The notes under the pieces: model-generated
Told to the model about the DNA's origin: nothing
What the model saw: only the letters and a program-made list of their open reading frames with translations
Database searches by the model: none
NCBI GenBank assembly: GCA_963742115.1
Contig: CAVUKQ010000015.1
Span: forward strand, 113,832 to 177,831
DNA length: 64,000 bases
Source: an uncultured Gammaproteobacteria bacterium
GTDB lineage: Bacteria; Pseudomonadota; Gammaproteobacteria; Steroidobacterales; Rariloculaceae
Direction of reading: 5' to 3'
Program-made: the position numbers and the translations under genes
Part shown: piece by piece, positions 42,468 to 55,214 of the stretch
Layout: every line of letters starts with the position of its first letter
How positions within the stretch are numbered: position 1 is the first letter of the stretch

Positions 42468-43178
42468 TTACTTCTTCTTGGCTTCTTTACCGTCTTTGTC
42501 CTTGCCCTTCTTGGCCTGGACTTGGACGGGCTTCGGCTGGCCCTTGGCCGCCGAGGTCACGATCAGACGGCCGTTCTCGGCACCCGGAACCGCGCCCTTG
42601 ACGAGCAAGATGTTCCGCTCGGCGTCGACGCGCACGACTTCGAGGTTGATCGTCGTCGCACGCTCGTCGCCCAAATGACCGGACATCCGCTTCCCCGGGA
42701 ACACGCGGCCCGGCGTTTGCCGCTGGCCGATCGAGCCCGGCGCGCGGTGCGACAGCGAGTTGCCGTGCGACATGTACTGGTGCGAGAAGTTGTGCCGCTT
42801 GATCACGCCGGCATAACCCTTGCCCTTCGTCGTGCCGCTCACGTCGACGAGCTGGCCCTTCTTGAAGAGATCTACCTTGAGCTCGGCGCCGGGCGCGAGC
42901 TCGCCGCCTTCGCCGTCGTCGAGGCGGAATTCCCAGAGTCCCTGCCCGGCCTCGACCTTAGCGCCTGCGAAGTGACCCGCGGCCGGCTTCGTGAGCCGAT
43001 GGGCCTTCGGGGAGGCGCCCACGGTAACTTGCACGGCGCGATAGCCGTCGCGGTCCGCGGTCTTGAGGGTCGTGACGCGATTGGGCAGGGCTTCGATGAC
43101 GGTGACCGGCACGGAATCGCCGTTCTCCGCAAAAATGCGGGTCATGCCGCACTTTCGGCCCACTAAACCGACTGACAT
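42468..43178 (-). CDS. rplC: 50S ribosomal protein L3 with Lys-rich C-terminal extension
   Basis: [16 protein letters not shown]... plus the tail ...[16 protein letters not shown]. Confidence 0.96.
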   Translation of the reverse strand: MSVGLVGRKCGMTRIFAENGDSVPVTVIEALPNRVTTLKTADRDGYRAVQVTVGASPKAHRLTKPAAGHFAGAKVEAGQGLWEFRLDDGEGGELAPGAELKVDLFKKGQLVDVSGTTKGKGYAGVIKRHNFSHQYMSHGNSLSHRAPGSIGQRQTPGRVFPGKRMSGHLGDERATTINLEVVRVDAERNILLVKGAVPGAENGRLIVTSAAKGQPKPVQVQAKKGKDKDGKEAKKK

Positions 43179-43419
43179 CTCTATTCCTCTGTATCCGCAC
43201 CGACTCCGTCGGCCGGCGCTTCAGCCAGACGCGCTTTGCGCTCTGGCACCAAAGGGACTCCGCCGGGTTGTACGGCCGGTGGATTCCCTGCTTTTAGGCT
43301 GGCGCGCGTCGCCGCGCGTCATCCCGTGTTTCTCTACCCCTGTTGAGGGCCCTCTCGAGGAGGCCTTCCGATCGGGCTCGCCGGCGAGTTAGGTACCGGA
43401 GCCCGTTAAAGAGCCCGGC

Positions 43420-43449
43420 ATTATAACCATCGGCAAATCACCTCGGCAA
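43420..43449 (-). promoter_or_regulatory. sigma70-like promoter inside the rpsJ-rplC spacer
   Basis: On the minus strand TTGCCG (43449-43444), 18 nt, TATAAT (43425-43420). This would give a leader of about 230 nt before rplC. Confidence 0.35.
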
Positions 43450-43501
43450 TCATTCCCGAGCAATCAGTGCCGGGAAAAATCGAATCCGGCCCAGTCGAGG
43501 A

Positions 43502-43816
43502 CTAGTTGAGCTTGATCTGGACGTCCACGCCGGCCGGCAACTCGAGCTTCATCAGCGCATCCACGGTCTTGTCCGTGGGGTCGACGATGTCCATGAGCCG
43601 CTTGTGGGTCAAAAGCTGGTACTGGTCCCGCGCATCTTTGTCCGCATGCGGCGAGATCAGGATGGTGTAGCGCTCCGTCTTCGTCGGCAGCGGCACGGGC
43701 CCGCGCACGGTCGCGCCGGTCCGCTTTGCGGTTTCCACGATCTCCCGGGCCGATTTGTCGATCAGGCGGTGGTCGAACGCCTTGAGCCTGATTCTAATGT
43801 TCTGATTCGTCGCCAT
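43502..43816 (-). CDS. rpsJ: 30S ribosomal protein S10
   Basis: [35 protein letters not shown]... Start set at the internal ATG at 43816. Confidence 0.96.
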   Translation of the reverse strand: MATNQNIRIRLKAFDHRLIDKSAREIVETAKRTGATVRGPVPLPTKTERYTILISPHADKDARDQYQLLTHKRLMDIVDPTDKTVDALMKLELPAGVDVQIKLN

Positions 43817-43935
43817 ATTCCTGTTTCCGCCTGTTTCGCTTTTCGCCACCGGGGGCGCCATTTCGGGCGCCGCTCGGCTGCCGTTGTTCCGCTATTTTGC
43901 GCCGGTGCGAAGCTGCCCCGGACGCGCCTTGACTG

Positions 43936-45126
<1,191 letters not shown>

Positions 45127-45180
45127 GGCGACTTCCTCTTGCGGCTTCGACTGACTGGTTTTCCCGTGACGTCGCGCCGC

Positions 45181-47292
45181 TCAGGCGGCGCGATCCCTGA
45201 TGACATCCTGCGCGACGTTGCCCGGCACTTCGGCGTAGTGCGAGAACTCCATCGTGAACGTGGCGCGGCCCTGACTCATCGAGCGCAGCGCCGTCGCGTA
45301 ACCGAACATCTCGGACAGCGGGACCTGCGCCCGGATGATCTTGCCGGTCGGCGAATCGTCGAGATCTTGCACGGTGCCGCGGCGGCGGCTCAGCTCGCCG
45401 TTCACCAACCCCAAATGCTGCTCGGGCGTCACGACGTCGACGTTCATGATCGGCTCGAGCAGCACCGGTTTGGCCTTGCGAACGCCGTCTCTGAACGCGG
45501 TGCCGGCTGCGATCTTGAACGCCAGCCGAGTCAACTCGGGGTCGGTCGAATCCGCGCCGCGGTGCGATCCGCCGAATAGCGTGACCTTCACGTCGACCAC
45601 CGGATAGCCGGCGACCACGCCGTTCGCCGCCTGCTCGCGCACGCCCTGATCCACGGCCGGCACGAGCTCGCGCGGCACGGCACCGGCCGCGACCGCGTCG
45701 ACGAACTCGTAGCCTTGGCCCGCGGATCGCGGCTCGATCTTGAGCCACACGTGACCGAATTGATTCTGTCCCGCCGTGGCGCGCGTGAATTTGCCTTCCT
45801 GCTCGGTACCCACGCGAATCGTCTCGCGGTACGCGACTTGCGGCTTACCGACGCTCGCCTCGACCTTGAACTCGCGCTTCATGCGCTCGACGATCACCTC
45901 GAGGTGCAGCTCGCCCATCCCGCGGATGATCGTCTGGCCCGACTCCGGATCGGCGCCGACGCGCAGCGTCGGGTCCTCGCGGGTGAGATTGCCGAGCGCA
46001 ACGGCCATCCGCTCGCGATCCGCCTCGGTTTTCGGCTCCACTGCCACGGCGATCACGGGCTCGGGGAACTCCATCCCCTCGAGCTTGATCACGTTGTCCG
46101 GGTCGCTCAGGCTGTCGCCCGTCGTCACGTCCTCGAGGCCGACGGCTGCGGCGATGTCGCCGGCGCGTACCTCGTCGATCTCGAAACGCTCGTTCGCGTG
46201 CATCTGCACCAGGCGGCCGACGCGCCCGCTGCCGCTCCCGTGCGGCTCGTGAATCGCATCGCCCGCGCGCAACACGCCCGAATAAACGCGGAAGAACGTG
46301 AGATGGCCGACCGCGGGATCCGCCGCGATCTTGAACGCGAGCGCAGCGAACGGTACGTCGTCCGACGGAGCGCGCGTGGCGGCGCCACCGTCCTTCGCGA
46401 CGCCCCTGACCGGCGCGCGGTCCGACGGCGCGGGCAGGTAGTCGACGACTGCGTCGAGCAGCGCCTGCACGCCCTTGTTCTTGAACGCCGAGCCGCAAAG
46501 CACCGGCACGATCTCGCCCTTCAGGCAGCGGCTCCGAATGCCGCGCTTGATGTCCGCGACGCCGAGCGCGCCCGCCTCGACATACTTCTCCGCGAGCTTC
46601 TCGTCGCCTTCGGCCGCGGCCGCGACGAGCTTGTCACGATATTCGGCCGCGCTCGCCGCGAGCTCTTCCGGGATCTCACTTTCTTTGAAGCGCATCCCCT
46701 GGGTTTTGTCGTCCCAAGTGATCGCCTTCATCTTCACGAGATCGACGATGCCGACGAACGCGTCCTCGCGGCCGAGCGGCAGGTGGAGCGCGACGGGCTC
46801 GCATTTCAAACGATCCTTGATCTGCGCGAGCACTCGGAAAAAGTCTGCGCCGGGGCGGTCCATCTTGTTCACGAACGCGAGGCGCGGCACGCCGTACTTG
46901 TTCGCTTGCCGCCAGACCGTCTCGGACTGCGGCTCGACGCCGCGCACCGAGCAGAACACAGCGACCGCGCCATCGAGCACGCGCAGGCTGCGCTGCACCT
47001 CGATCGTGAAGTCGATGTGCCCCGGCGTGTCGATGATGTTGATGCGGTGCTCGGGGAGCTTGCGGCTCATCCCTTTCCAGAAGCAGGTCGTGGCAGCGGA
47101 CGTGATGGTGATGCCGCGCTCTTGCTCTTGCTCCATCCAGTCCATGACGGCGGCGCCGTCATCGACCTCACCGATCTTGTGCGAGACGCCCGTATAGAAA
47201 AGGATCCGCTCGGTAGTCGTAGTTTTGCCGGCATCGACGTGCGCCATGATGCCGATGTTCCGGTACTGCTCGAGTGGGGTCTTCCTTGCCAC
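45181..47292 (-). CDS. fusA: elongation factor G
   Basis: 703 aa. [18 protein letters not shown] motifs. Confidence 0.98.
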   Translation of the reverse strand: MARKTPLEQYRNIGIMAHVDAGKTTTTERILFYTGVSHKIGEVDDGAAVMDWMEQEQERGITITSAATTCFWKGMSRKLPEHRINIIDTPGHIDFTIEVQRSLRVLDGAVAVFCSVRGVEPQSETVWRQANKYGVPRLAFVNKMDRPGADFFRVLAQIKDRLKCEPVALHLPLGREDAFVGIVDLVKMKAITWDDKTQGMRFKESEIPEELAASAAEYRDKLVAAAAEGDEKLAEKYVEAGALGVADIKRGIRSRCLKGEIVPVLCGSAFKNKGVQALLDAVVDYLPAPSDRAPVRGVAKDGGAATRAPSDDVPFAALAFKIAADPAVGHLTFFRVYSGVLRAGDAIHEPHGSGSGRVGRLVQMHANERFEIDEVRAGDIAAAVGLEDVTTGDSLSDPDNVIKLEGMEFPEPVIAVAVEPKTEADRERMAVALGNLTREDPTLRVGADPESGQTIIRGMGELHLEVIVERMKREFKVEASVGKPQVAYRETIRVGTEQEGKFTRATAGQNQFGHVWLKIEPRSAGQGYEFVDAVAAGAVPRELVPAVDQGVREQAANGVVAGYPVVDVKVTLFGGSHRGADSTDPELTRLAFKIAAGTAFRDGVRKAKPVLLEPIMNVDVVTPEQHLGLVNGELSRRRGTVQDLDDSPTGKIIRAQVPLSEMFGYATALRSMSQGRATFTMEFSHYAEVPGNVAQDVIRDRAA

Positions 47293-47323
47293 GGTGCTGC
47301 CTCAAATCAATCTCTTGATTTGA

Positions 47324-47803
47324 TTACCAGCGGTAATGAGCGAACGCACGGTTGGCGTCCGCCATGCGATGCGTGTCTTCGCGTTTTTTCACGGCGGCGC
47401 CGCGATTATCGGCCGCGTCGATGAGCTCGTGCGCCAAGCGCACCGCCATGCTCTTCTCCGAACGCGAACGCGCGGCATCGATCGCCCAACGCATCGCGAG
47501 CGTCTCACGGCGGGCCGCGCGGACTTCGACCGGTACTTGGTACGTAGCGCCGCCGACGCGGCGCGACTTCACTTCGACGGCCGGTTTGATGTTGTCGAGA
47601 GCTTGGCTCAGCATCTCGAGCGCGCGCCCCTTGTCCTGGCCGGTGCGCTCCGACATGCGCTCGAGCGCGTCGTAGACGATTCTTTCGGCGACGGATTTGT
47701 TGCCGCTCTTCATCACCATGTTGATGAACTTCGCGAGCATCGTGTTCCCGTACTTCGGGTCCGGGAGGCCAGCGCGGCGGGGGGCTTGTGCTCTTCTAGA
47801 CAT
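47324..47803 (-). CDS. rpsG: 30S ribosomal protein S7
   Basis: 159 aa. ...[19 protein letters not shown]... Confidence 0.97.
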   Translation of the reverse strand: MSRRAQAPRRAGLPDPKYGNTMLAKFINMVMKSGNKSVAERIVYDALERMSERTGQDKGRALEMLSQALDNIKPAVEVKSRRVGGATYQVPVEVRAARRETLAMRWAIDAARSRSEKSMAVRLAHELIDAADNRGAAVKKREDTHRMADANRAFAHYRW

Positions 47804-47819
47804 GTTTCAACCTTGCCGA

Positions 47820-48194
47820 TTATTTCTTCGGACGTTTCGCGCCGTACTTCGAACGACCCTGACGACGATCGCCGACGCCGCCGCAATCGAGCGTGCCGCG
47901 AACGATGTGATAGCGCACACCGGGCAGGTCCTTGACGCGACCGCCGCGGATCAGCACTACCGAGTGCTCTTGGAGGTTGTGGCCTTCGCCGCCGATGTAG
48001 CTCGTGACCTCGAAGCCGTTCGTGAGCCGCACGCGCGCGACTTTGCGCATCGCGGAGTTCGGCTTCTTCGGTGTCGTGGTGTAGACGCGCGTGCACACGC
48101 CGCGTTTTTGCGGTGAGGCCCCGAGCGCCGGAACGGTGCTCTTCGCCTTACGTGTTGTGCGCGCCTTACGAACGAGTTGGTTGGTCGTCGCCAT
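47820..48194 (-). CDS. rpsL: 30S ribosomal protein S12
   Basis: [48 protein letters not shown]... Confidence 0.98.
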   Translation of the reverse strand: MATTNQLVRKARTTRKAKSTVPALGASPQKRGVCTRVYTTTPKKPNSAMRKVARVRLTNGFEVTSYIGGEGHNLQEHSVVLIRGGRVKDLPGVRYHIVRGTLDCGGVGDRRQGRSKYGAKRPKK

Positions 48195-48488
48195 TCAGTG
48201 CTTCCAAATAAATTTTGGCCCGTTGCCGATTATCTTTTCGGCATCCGGGCCAGCTTGAGACATCCTCCGCGCCGCCGGTCCGCGAAGCTTTGGGATCGCG
48301 GGAGCCGTCATAGAGTCGCAGAGAGCCGAGGATTCTAGGGGTCCAGCCTCGTGCCCGTCAACTTGGCGCGCGCCGCGCCGCCCTCGCGAGCCGTGCAACT
48401 CCGCCTGCGCGCAGCGATCAGCGCCGTGGACGGGTCAGGAACCCCGGAGTAGATTGGCCTGGAGCGCGGAATCGAGGGCCTTTTGCCA

Positions 48489-48854
48489 GTGCCGGATCGA
48501 GCCTGGTGCCTACTGGCCGCAGCCCTGCTCTCGGCAGGGTGCGCGTCCGCGCCCGACAAACCAGCCACCGGCATCGCCCCACACGGCGCGGCTGCGGAGC
48601 CGGCGGAAGCAAGCGCCGCCGCGGCACCCAGCGCCGCGTCGTCGGCGCCGGCGAAGATCGCGCCCATCCCCACGGTCGACGTGAACAGGCAGCCCCCGGC
48701 GGAGAATACGGGGCTCGTCTGTCGCGAGATGCTGAAGCCGTTGTCGAACGTGATCATCACGAAGTGCATGACGCCCGCGGCGTGGAAGAACTACCGGCAG
48801 GCTGAGGCGCGCCAAGCGCAGGAATTGCTGCGCTTCATGCAGAGCGGGCGGTAG
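48489..48854 (+). CDS. small lipoprotein of unknown function
   Basis: GTG at 48489 (the track uses TTG at 48483). Lipobox LLSAGC. Ala/Pro-rich linker, then VCREMLKPLSNVIITKCMTPAAW. Confidence 0.6.
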   Translation: MPDRAWCLLAAALLSAGCASAPDKPATGIAPHGAAAEPAEASAAAAPSAASSAPAKIAPIPTVDVNRQPPAENTGLVCREMLKPLSNVIITKCMTPAAWKNYRQAEARQAQELLRFMQSGR

Positions 48855-48900
48855 CCCATCGGCCGGGTGGGGCTATCGCGTCGGGCTGTCGCCCGGCGTG

Positions 48901-50499
48901 TCAGCGCTCACGTCGAGCGCTGGCGGCCTCCTTGCTCTTTTGCCGCAGCTCCATCAGGTGCTGTAGCGCGTCGAACAGCTCCCGGTCCTCGCGCACGAGC
49001 CCCCGCATCTGCTCCTGTAGTTGTCGATATTGGTAGCTGCTCACCCCCGCATAGTACTGCTCGCTGCCGGCGCCGAAACTGAAGCCCTGAAGACCCAGGA
49101 CGGTGTCCGTCCCCGCACGTGCTTGGGCGTCGCGTAAGAAAACCGGCGCGCAGACGCGCTGCGGAATGTGCGTGCCGGTCGCGATCTCCATCGTGCAATG
49201 GATGTCGAAGTCGTCGCTCTTATTGAGCGCGTTGAAGCGGTCGAACACCGCGTTCTCCGCGCGCTCGATCTCGAGGCGTAGGGCCGGCAGCGTCCGCCCC
49301 AATACGACGATCTCGTCGGTGACGGCCGGCGCACCTTCCGCGCCTTCGGCCACGAACAAGATCGGCGTGTACTGCGTGCCGTCGCGCCGGCAGCCCGGCT
49401 GCGCGGCGGGCGCAACCTCGATGCGCCACTCATCTGCGACCGCCGCGACCGCCTCGCCGAATGAGCCCGAAGGAATCGCGGCGGCGATCTGCCGCTCGAC
49501 GATCTCGCCTCGAGTGTCCGTGCGCACGCGCATCACGACCGCGCCGAACCCCGATCCGAGCAGCGCATCGCGCGGATAGTCGGGAGCCGGCTCCGCGACG
49601 AGCCGAACCGCGCAGCGTCCGCTCGCCGTCGCTCCGCTGAAGTTCGTGTCGCGGCAGTGAGTCGCCTTGGCCTTGGAGCTTTGCGCGGAGCGCGCCTTCC
49701 CACGCCAGGGCTTGCGCGTAGGCACGTTGCGCAAGCGTGAGCGCCGTCTCGCCGCTTCCGTCCGCGAACGGTCGCAGACGGGCGAGGGCTTCGGCGAACG
49801 CGGCGCTCGCTTCGCGCGCGGCGCGCGCATCGAGGGCGGCGACCGGTATGGCCGCGGCGCCCGGCCCGTGCTTGCGTGACTGCTTGCATGAAGATCGCCG
49901 CGCCTTCGCCGGTCCGCGCGAGGCCGCGCGCGACGTCTGCCTCGTCCGCGGAACCTGCGGCCAATCGGGCCGACGCGGCCCACGCTTCGCGCGCCGTCGC
50001 GTACTGGCCGCGCTCGAAGCTCGCGCGGGCGAGGTCGACGGAGGCCGAATAGGCCTCGCTGTCCGAATCGCCGCGCCGCTCCGCTTGCGCGATCGCGTCG
50101 CTCAGGCGCGCGGTTCCGGCCGCGTTGTCGACGGCGAGCTCCGCCCGGCCGAGAGCGAGGGCCGCGATCAGCGGATCGACGCCGGACGCCCGGTCGGCGG
50201 TCGCAAGCTCGTGCGCGCGCCGCGCCGGCGCGTAGGCCGCATCCGGCTCGCCGCGATCGAGCCTGAGCGTGGCGAGGTTGAGCGCTAGCACTGCGGTCTT
50301 CGGGCCGTTCTCGCGCTTCCGATTCCTCGAGCGCGCGCGCCGCGGCGGCGTCCGCTGCCACGCCATCGCCGCGCTCGAGAGCGGCGCGAAACTCGCGAAA
50401 ATTCGCCGTAACGGGATCGACGGGGACAGAAGCTCGCGGCTGCGCCGCGGCTGACGCGGCCAACGACAGTAAGATAACGAGCACGAGCCGTGTGGTCAT
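48901..50499 (-). pseudogene. exported TPR-like / TonB_C-domain protein, frame broken three times
   Basis: MTTRLVLVILLSLAASAAAQP...ALEESEA / (RE)NGPKTAVLALNLATLRLDRGEPD...GEGAAIFMQAVTQA / GPGAAAIPVAALDARAAREASAAFAEALARL...QGQGDSLPR... / ...VRLVAEPAPDYPRDALLGSGFGAVVMRVRTDTRGEIVE... (TonB C-terminal domain pattern) plus a C-terminal Cys-containing domain. One segment lies in a frame with no ORF-track entry. Confidence 0.75.
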
Positions 50500-50647
50500 C
50501 GCGGGTCCCCGGCGCCAAGTCGAACGTAGCTCGATCGCGGGACTGGCCGGCGCAGCACGAGAGTGCGCCCTCGGCGTCGCCAAAAAAAGCGGCGGGCTTT
50601 CGCCCGCCGCCATCGTACCTAAACAGGTTCCTGACGAGTCCGGTCTA

Positions 50648-53600
50648 TTAGAAGTCCATCGTAAAGCTCACGAAGCCGCGGCGCCCGAGGGGGTCGTAGG
50701 TCGCGAGCAACGTTTGCGGGAGGAAGCCGCCCGCATGCGTCGCCGGCAGCGCGAACGGCAGCTGATCGGGATTGCCGTTGATGAGCGGCGGCTCCTCGTC
50801 GAACAGATTGTCGATACCGGCGCGCAACGTGTACCGCTCGCCGAACCGGTAGCTGCCCGCCAGACTGAACAGCTGGTAGCTGTCCGAGACACCGGGGGAG
50901 TTCGCGTTGCCTTGCCGTTTCGCAAGATCGCAGGCGGTCGGAGTCGCGAGCGGCGTAGCGCACGGGCCCGGGTCGATCGAGGGCCAGAATTGGTGCCGCA
51001 GCGACAAGCTCCACGGTCCGCGGAGGTAACTCAACGTCGTGAAAACCCGGTATTCGAATCCCTGGCATTGGATCTGCAAAGCGCAGCCCGAGGTCCCGGC
51101 GTAGTCCGTCGTCGTCGCGCCCGGTTGATCCTGGGTCTCGGAACCCATGTTGTAGTTCATGACCGAGTTGAGGTTGAACCCGCCGCCCGCCAGCATCGTC
51201 GACCAGTTGAGCTGAAGATCGACGCCTTCGACCTTGGCTCTGCCCTTGTTCGTATACGGCAAATCGATATTCGCGGCGTTGCCGTTGGTCGGATCCCTGA
51301 AGATCTGCACGCAACCGGGCGCAGTAGCGCTCCCCGTCGGGTTGTCCGCGAGGCTCAGACAACGGCCGTACACCGAGTCGATACTCTCGAGCGCGATCAT
51401 CCTCTCGATCTCGATCGTGTAGTAGTCGACCGTGAGCGTCCAGTTCTCCGCGAGGTCCATGACCATGCCGATCGTGAGCGTGTCGGCGTCTTCCTCGGTC
51501 AGCTCCGGGTTGCCGAGCTGATTCTGGATGCCGGTGCCTCCCGCTGTCGCCTGAGTATTGGCGTAGAACGTGGCCGCGCCGAGCGGGCCCATCAGCGCCC
51601 TGCAGATCGCCTCGGTCTGAGCGGCTTGCGCCGCGCCCGCTATGGCGGCGTTGGCACTATATGGTCCGGCGGAGTTCAGCCTCGAGCACTGATCGCCGAC
51701 GATCGACGGCGCGCCGCCGAACAGCTGCGTGCGCTCGGTGAACAGCTCGCTCAGATTCGGGGCGCGGTGCGCGCGATTGACGCCGCCGCGCAGCCGATAC
51801 CTCTCCGAGAATCCCCAGTCGATCAACGCCTTGTACGAGTCGAGTGTCTCGACACCGTCCATGCTCCAATCCGATAGGCGCCCGCCGAGCTCGACGTTGA
51901 AATGCTCGAAACCCTTCGGGCCGTTCGAGACGATCGGGATCAGCAGCTCGCCGTACAGCTCCGCCACGTCGTAGTCGCCGCCGCTGTTCTGGTTCGGGAA
52001 CAGACCCGCGATCGGATCGATGAAGTTCTCGTTCTGACTCAGGTTATCGGGCTTGAAGCTGTAGCTGTCTTCGCGATAGTCCGCTCCGAGCGCGTACGAG
52101 AGAGTTCCGGCCTTCATCTCCGCGAGGTCGCCGGTGATATTGGCCTCGAGCACGCTCTGCGTGATTTCGTAAGTGTTCTTTAGGTCGGGGGACAGCGCCG
52201 TGACGCAGTCGGGCGAGACCGCGAAGATCTTCAGCACCGGCAGGCCCGTGTTGCAGGTCGCGATACTTTCTGCGAAGCCGGTGATGTACGCGTTCGGATC
52301 GGCGATGAACCCATGACCGAAGTTCGGCGAGGCCATGATCGCTCGATAAGTGCTGAGTCGCACGGAGCCGGTCTGGGTGGTGATGTTGTCCGTAAACCCG
52401 GTCGAGAGCGTCACGTCCCAGTGGTGCTTGCCCTCGGCCAAGGCGCCTTCGAAGCCGAGCGAGAACTGCGACGTCGAGGTCGTGGTCTGGCCTCCACGCG
52501 GGCCGATCACTTCTCTGATGTAATCGGGCGGCGCGCTGAGCCACAGCGGCGCCGTGGCGCCGTTGCCGAACCCCGAGGCTGCCGCGCGGGTGCTGTAGAG
52601 CTGCGAAACCTCGGGCGGCACGGGCCAGGCCTGCTTCTCCGTGCAGCCGCCCGTAGCTGGGCAGTTGAGCCCGAAGCGGCCGCCCGCCAGGTATTCGGCG
52701 TTCGTCGTGCCGTCCAAGTTCAATGACGACGGTATTCCGCGCAGTGCGTCGCCCGTGTAGACGTTGTCGCCGAACGGGATCGGCGCGCCCCAAAAGGTGA
52801 TGTTGTCGGCGCTGAGCCCGAGGCTCGTCTCGGTGGCCGTGCGCGTGAACATCGCTTGGCCCGTCACCGTAACGTTATCGGAGACGTCGAAATGGCCCTT
52901 GGCAAACACCGAGTTGCGCTCCAACGGAGTCGAGGACCACTGCCAGAAGTTGTTCTCCTTGATGCCGCCGTCGGGCTGGACCACGCGGTACGGCAGGCCT
53001 TCGAAATTGCCGTAAGAGTCTTGGTCGTAAGCGCCGGCGTAGCGATACGAGCCCGCGTTGCCGGGAGCGTTCATGAGACCGCCGTACACCTGGCCCGTGG
53101 CCCGGTCGACGAAGAAGTTGGCAGTGTTCGGTACGCCCAGGTTCCTTCCGATCGAGCCCGGCTGCGTGCTCGTGTTGCACACGCTGCCGTTATTCCCGAA
53201 GAAACCGAAACCGTTAGCGGGGCTGGGCGGGGCTTCGACGCATTGACCCGCGACGCCCGCCTTGTTGAACAGCGCGTCGACGCCGGCTTGGCTCGGGTAG
53301 TTACCGGCGTTGAATGCATCGAGGTTGGCGGCGCTGCCGGGCCCGAAACCCGGAATGGTGCTGCTGATCCACGGATCGCTGCCCCAGAAGAATGCGGTGG
53401 CGTTGGTGGCGGGGTTGCGCATGTCTTCGACGCGCCAGTCACGTTCCCACGTCTCGACCTTCGCGCGCGTCGCGCGCTCGAGGCCGATCATGACGTTGCC
53501 GCGGCCCTCGGCGGCGTTGACGCCGAGGAGTCCCGAGATCAGGACCTCCTGGCCGCCGCCAGCCTCCGTGTCCGAGAGGCGGGTCTCGACCGAGGCACCT

Positions 53601-54251
53601 TCGAAGTCGTTCTTCAGAATGAAGTTGACGACGCCGCCGACGGCGTCCGCGCCATACACGGCCGAGGCACCGCCCGTGATCAACTCGACGCGTTGGATCG
53701 CCGAAGACGGGATCATGTTCGTGTCGACGAACATTTGTGCGTTGAACGGCTGCGCGCGCTTGCCGTCGATCAGCACGAGGTTACGGTTCGCACCGAGGCC
53801 GCGCAGGCTCACGAAGGATCCGCCGATACTGTTGTTGGCGGTTTGCTGAACGTCGGTGGTCGAGAACTGCGTGATGGCCGGAACGAACTGCGGCAACTGG
53901 TTCAGGATGGTCTCGACGCCGACGGTGCCCGTCGCCTGAAAGGCAGCCTGGTCGATCGTCGTGATCGGGGCATTGGCCTCGAAATCGCGACGCAAGATAC
54001 GCGAGCCCGTGACGGTGATCTCTTCGAGCGGCGCTGCCGGCTTGCTCCTGCGCCCCCGCCCGATTCGCCGGGGCGATTGCCAGCGCCGACGCGATAATCG
54101 CGCTGCCCGAGGCGGCCAGCATCGTCGACCTCAAGCCCTTGCCGTGCAACCTGCGACTTGCGGTCGACATCGCTCCAAGCGCGTCCGCGATTGCGGTGGC
54201 CAGCACGCCAGTCTGCAGACGGACGAATCCGCCATCGGTGCTTGCGTTCAT
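50648..54251 (-). pseudogene. TonB-dependent receptor, signal peptide separated from plug and barrel by one frame break (about 54030-54060)
   Basis: GGAGGA RBS plus ATG at 54251. MNASTDGG...LAASGSAIIASALAIAPANRAGAQEQ is in one frame, and (P)LEEITVTGSRILRRDFEANAP... plus 1115 aa is in the next. C-terminus reads ...GRRGFVSFTMDF*. Confidence 0.85.
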
Positions 54252-54472
54252 TGATTCCTCCCCATTTGACGACGGCACCCTCACAAGGGCGCAAACCTTG
54301 TTCGGTTCGTCGATTCGCTTAACCCGGGCGGATCGGCGAAGGGCCGCTGTTGTTGTATTTAGTCGGCTCCGATCGGGGACGCTATCAAACACCGGATGGT
54401 CGCGCAACTCTCAGTTGATGTTCGGTCGCAACAGCCTCTAGTGCGAGACTAAAATCGCAGCCGACGAAAAGC

Positions 54473-55102
54473 TCAGCGTACTCGTTCGACTTGGATGAAG
54501 CCGTTCAGGCTATCGACGCTGAGCCGGTAGGAATGACCCCACCTCGTCGCGCGCAGAGTCACCCGCTGCCCAGGCTGCAACAGGTACTCCTGCGGACGGT
54601 TCTGGCGCCAGACCTGACCGTTGTCGAGCGTGATCAGGATAAGCGTTCGGAACGGTTTCCCGCAGCGCCGTTACGGTCGCCACGAATTCAGCCGGCGACT
54701 CGTCGAGCGGCCGCGCCGAGGAAGCGGTTTGCTCGGGCTGCTTACTTGTTGGGTGGTCAGCCGACGTCGGGGCGCCCGCCGACTCTGGCTGAGTCCCGGC
54801 GTCGCGAGCCGACTCCGGAGTGACGGCGCGGCACGGCCGGCGCAGAGCCAGGAGGAGCGTGTTTCGGGCTGCGCTGCGGCGGGCGCGGTGCGACTTTGCG
54901 GCGCGACCGCGTCGACCTGACGCTCGAAGCAGGCGAGCCGCTCTTCCGGCGACTGCAGATTCACGCATTCGCCGACTTCGATAGTTAGGTTGCTGGCGCC
55001 CTGTGCGAGGGCGACCGAAATTACGCCTTGGCCGCCGAGAACGGCGCCAAGTGCGATGCTCGCACGCCGGATCGTCACGCCGGCAACGATTCGCTTTGCC
55101 AT
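54473..55102 (-). pseudogene. small exported protein of unknown function, frame broken at least twice
   Basis: MAKRIVAGVTIRRASIALGAVLGGQGVISVALAQG...CVNLQSPEERLACFERQVDAV... / Pro/Ser/Ala-rich linker ...DESPAEFVATVTALRETVPNAY / LITLDNGQVWRQNRPQEYLLQPGQRVTLRATRWGHSYRLSVDSLNGFIQVERVR*. The break at 54637-54638 is clear. The one or two in the linker (about 54830-54870) are ambiguous. Confidence 0.65.
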
Positions 55103-55214
55103 GTGCCCCCGGTCTTCCGAGCGCGGTGAGTGCAGCTCGATCAGACGCCCAAGCATACCGACCGCCGTCGCGGTCAAGCAATTCGCGTGCGCGCGATCTC
55201 GAGCGTCCCCGGTT

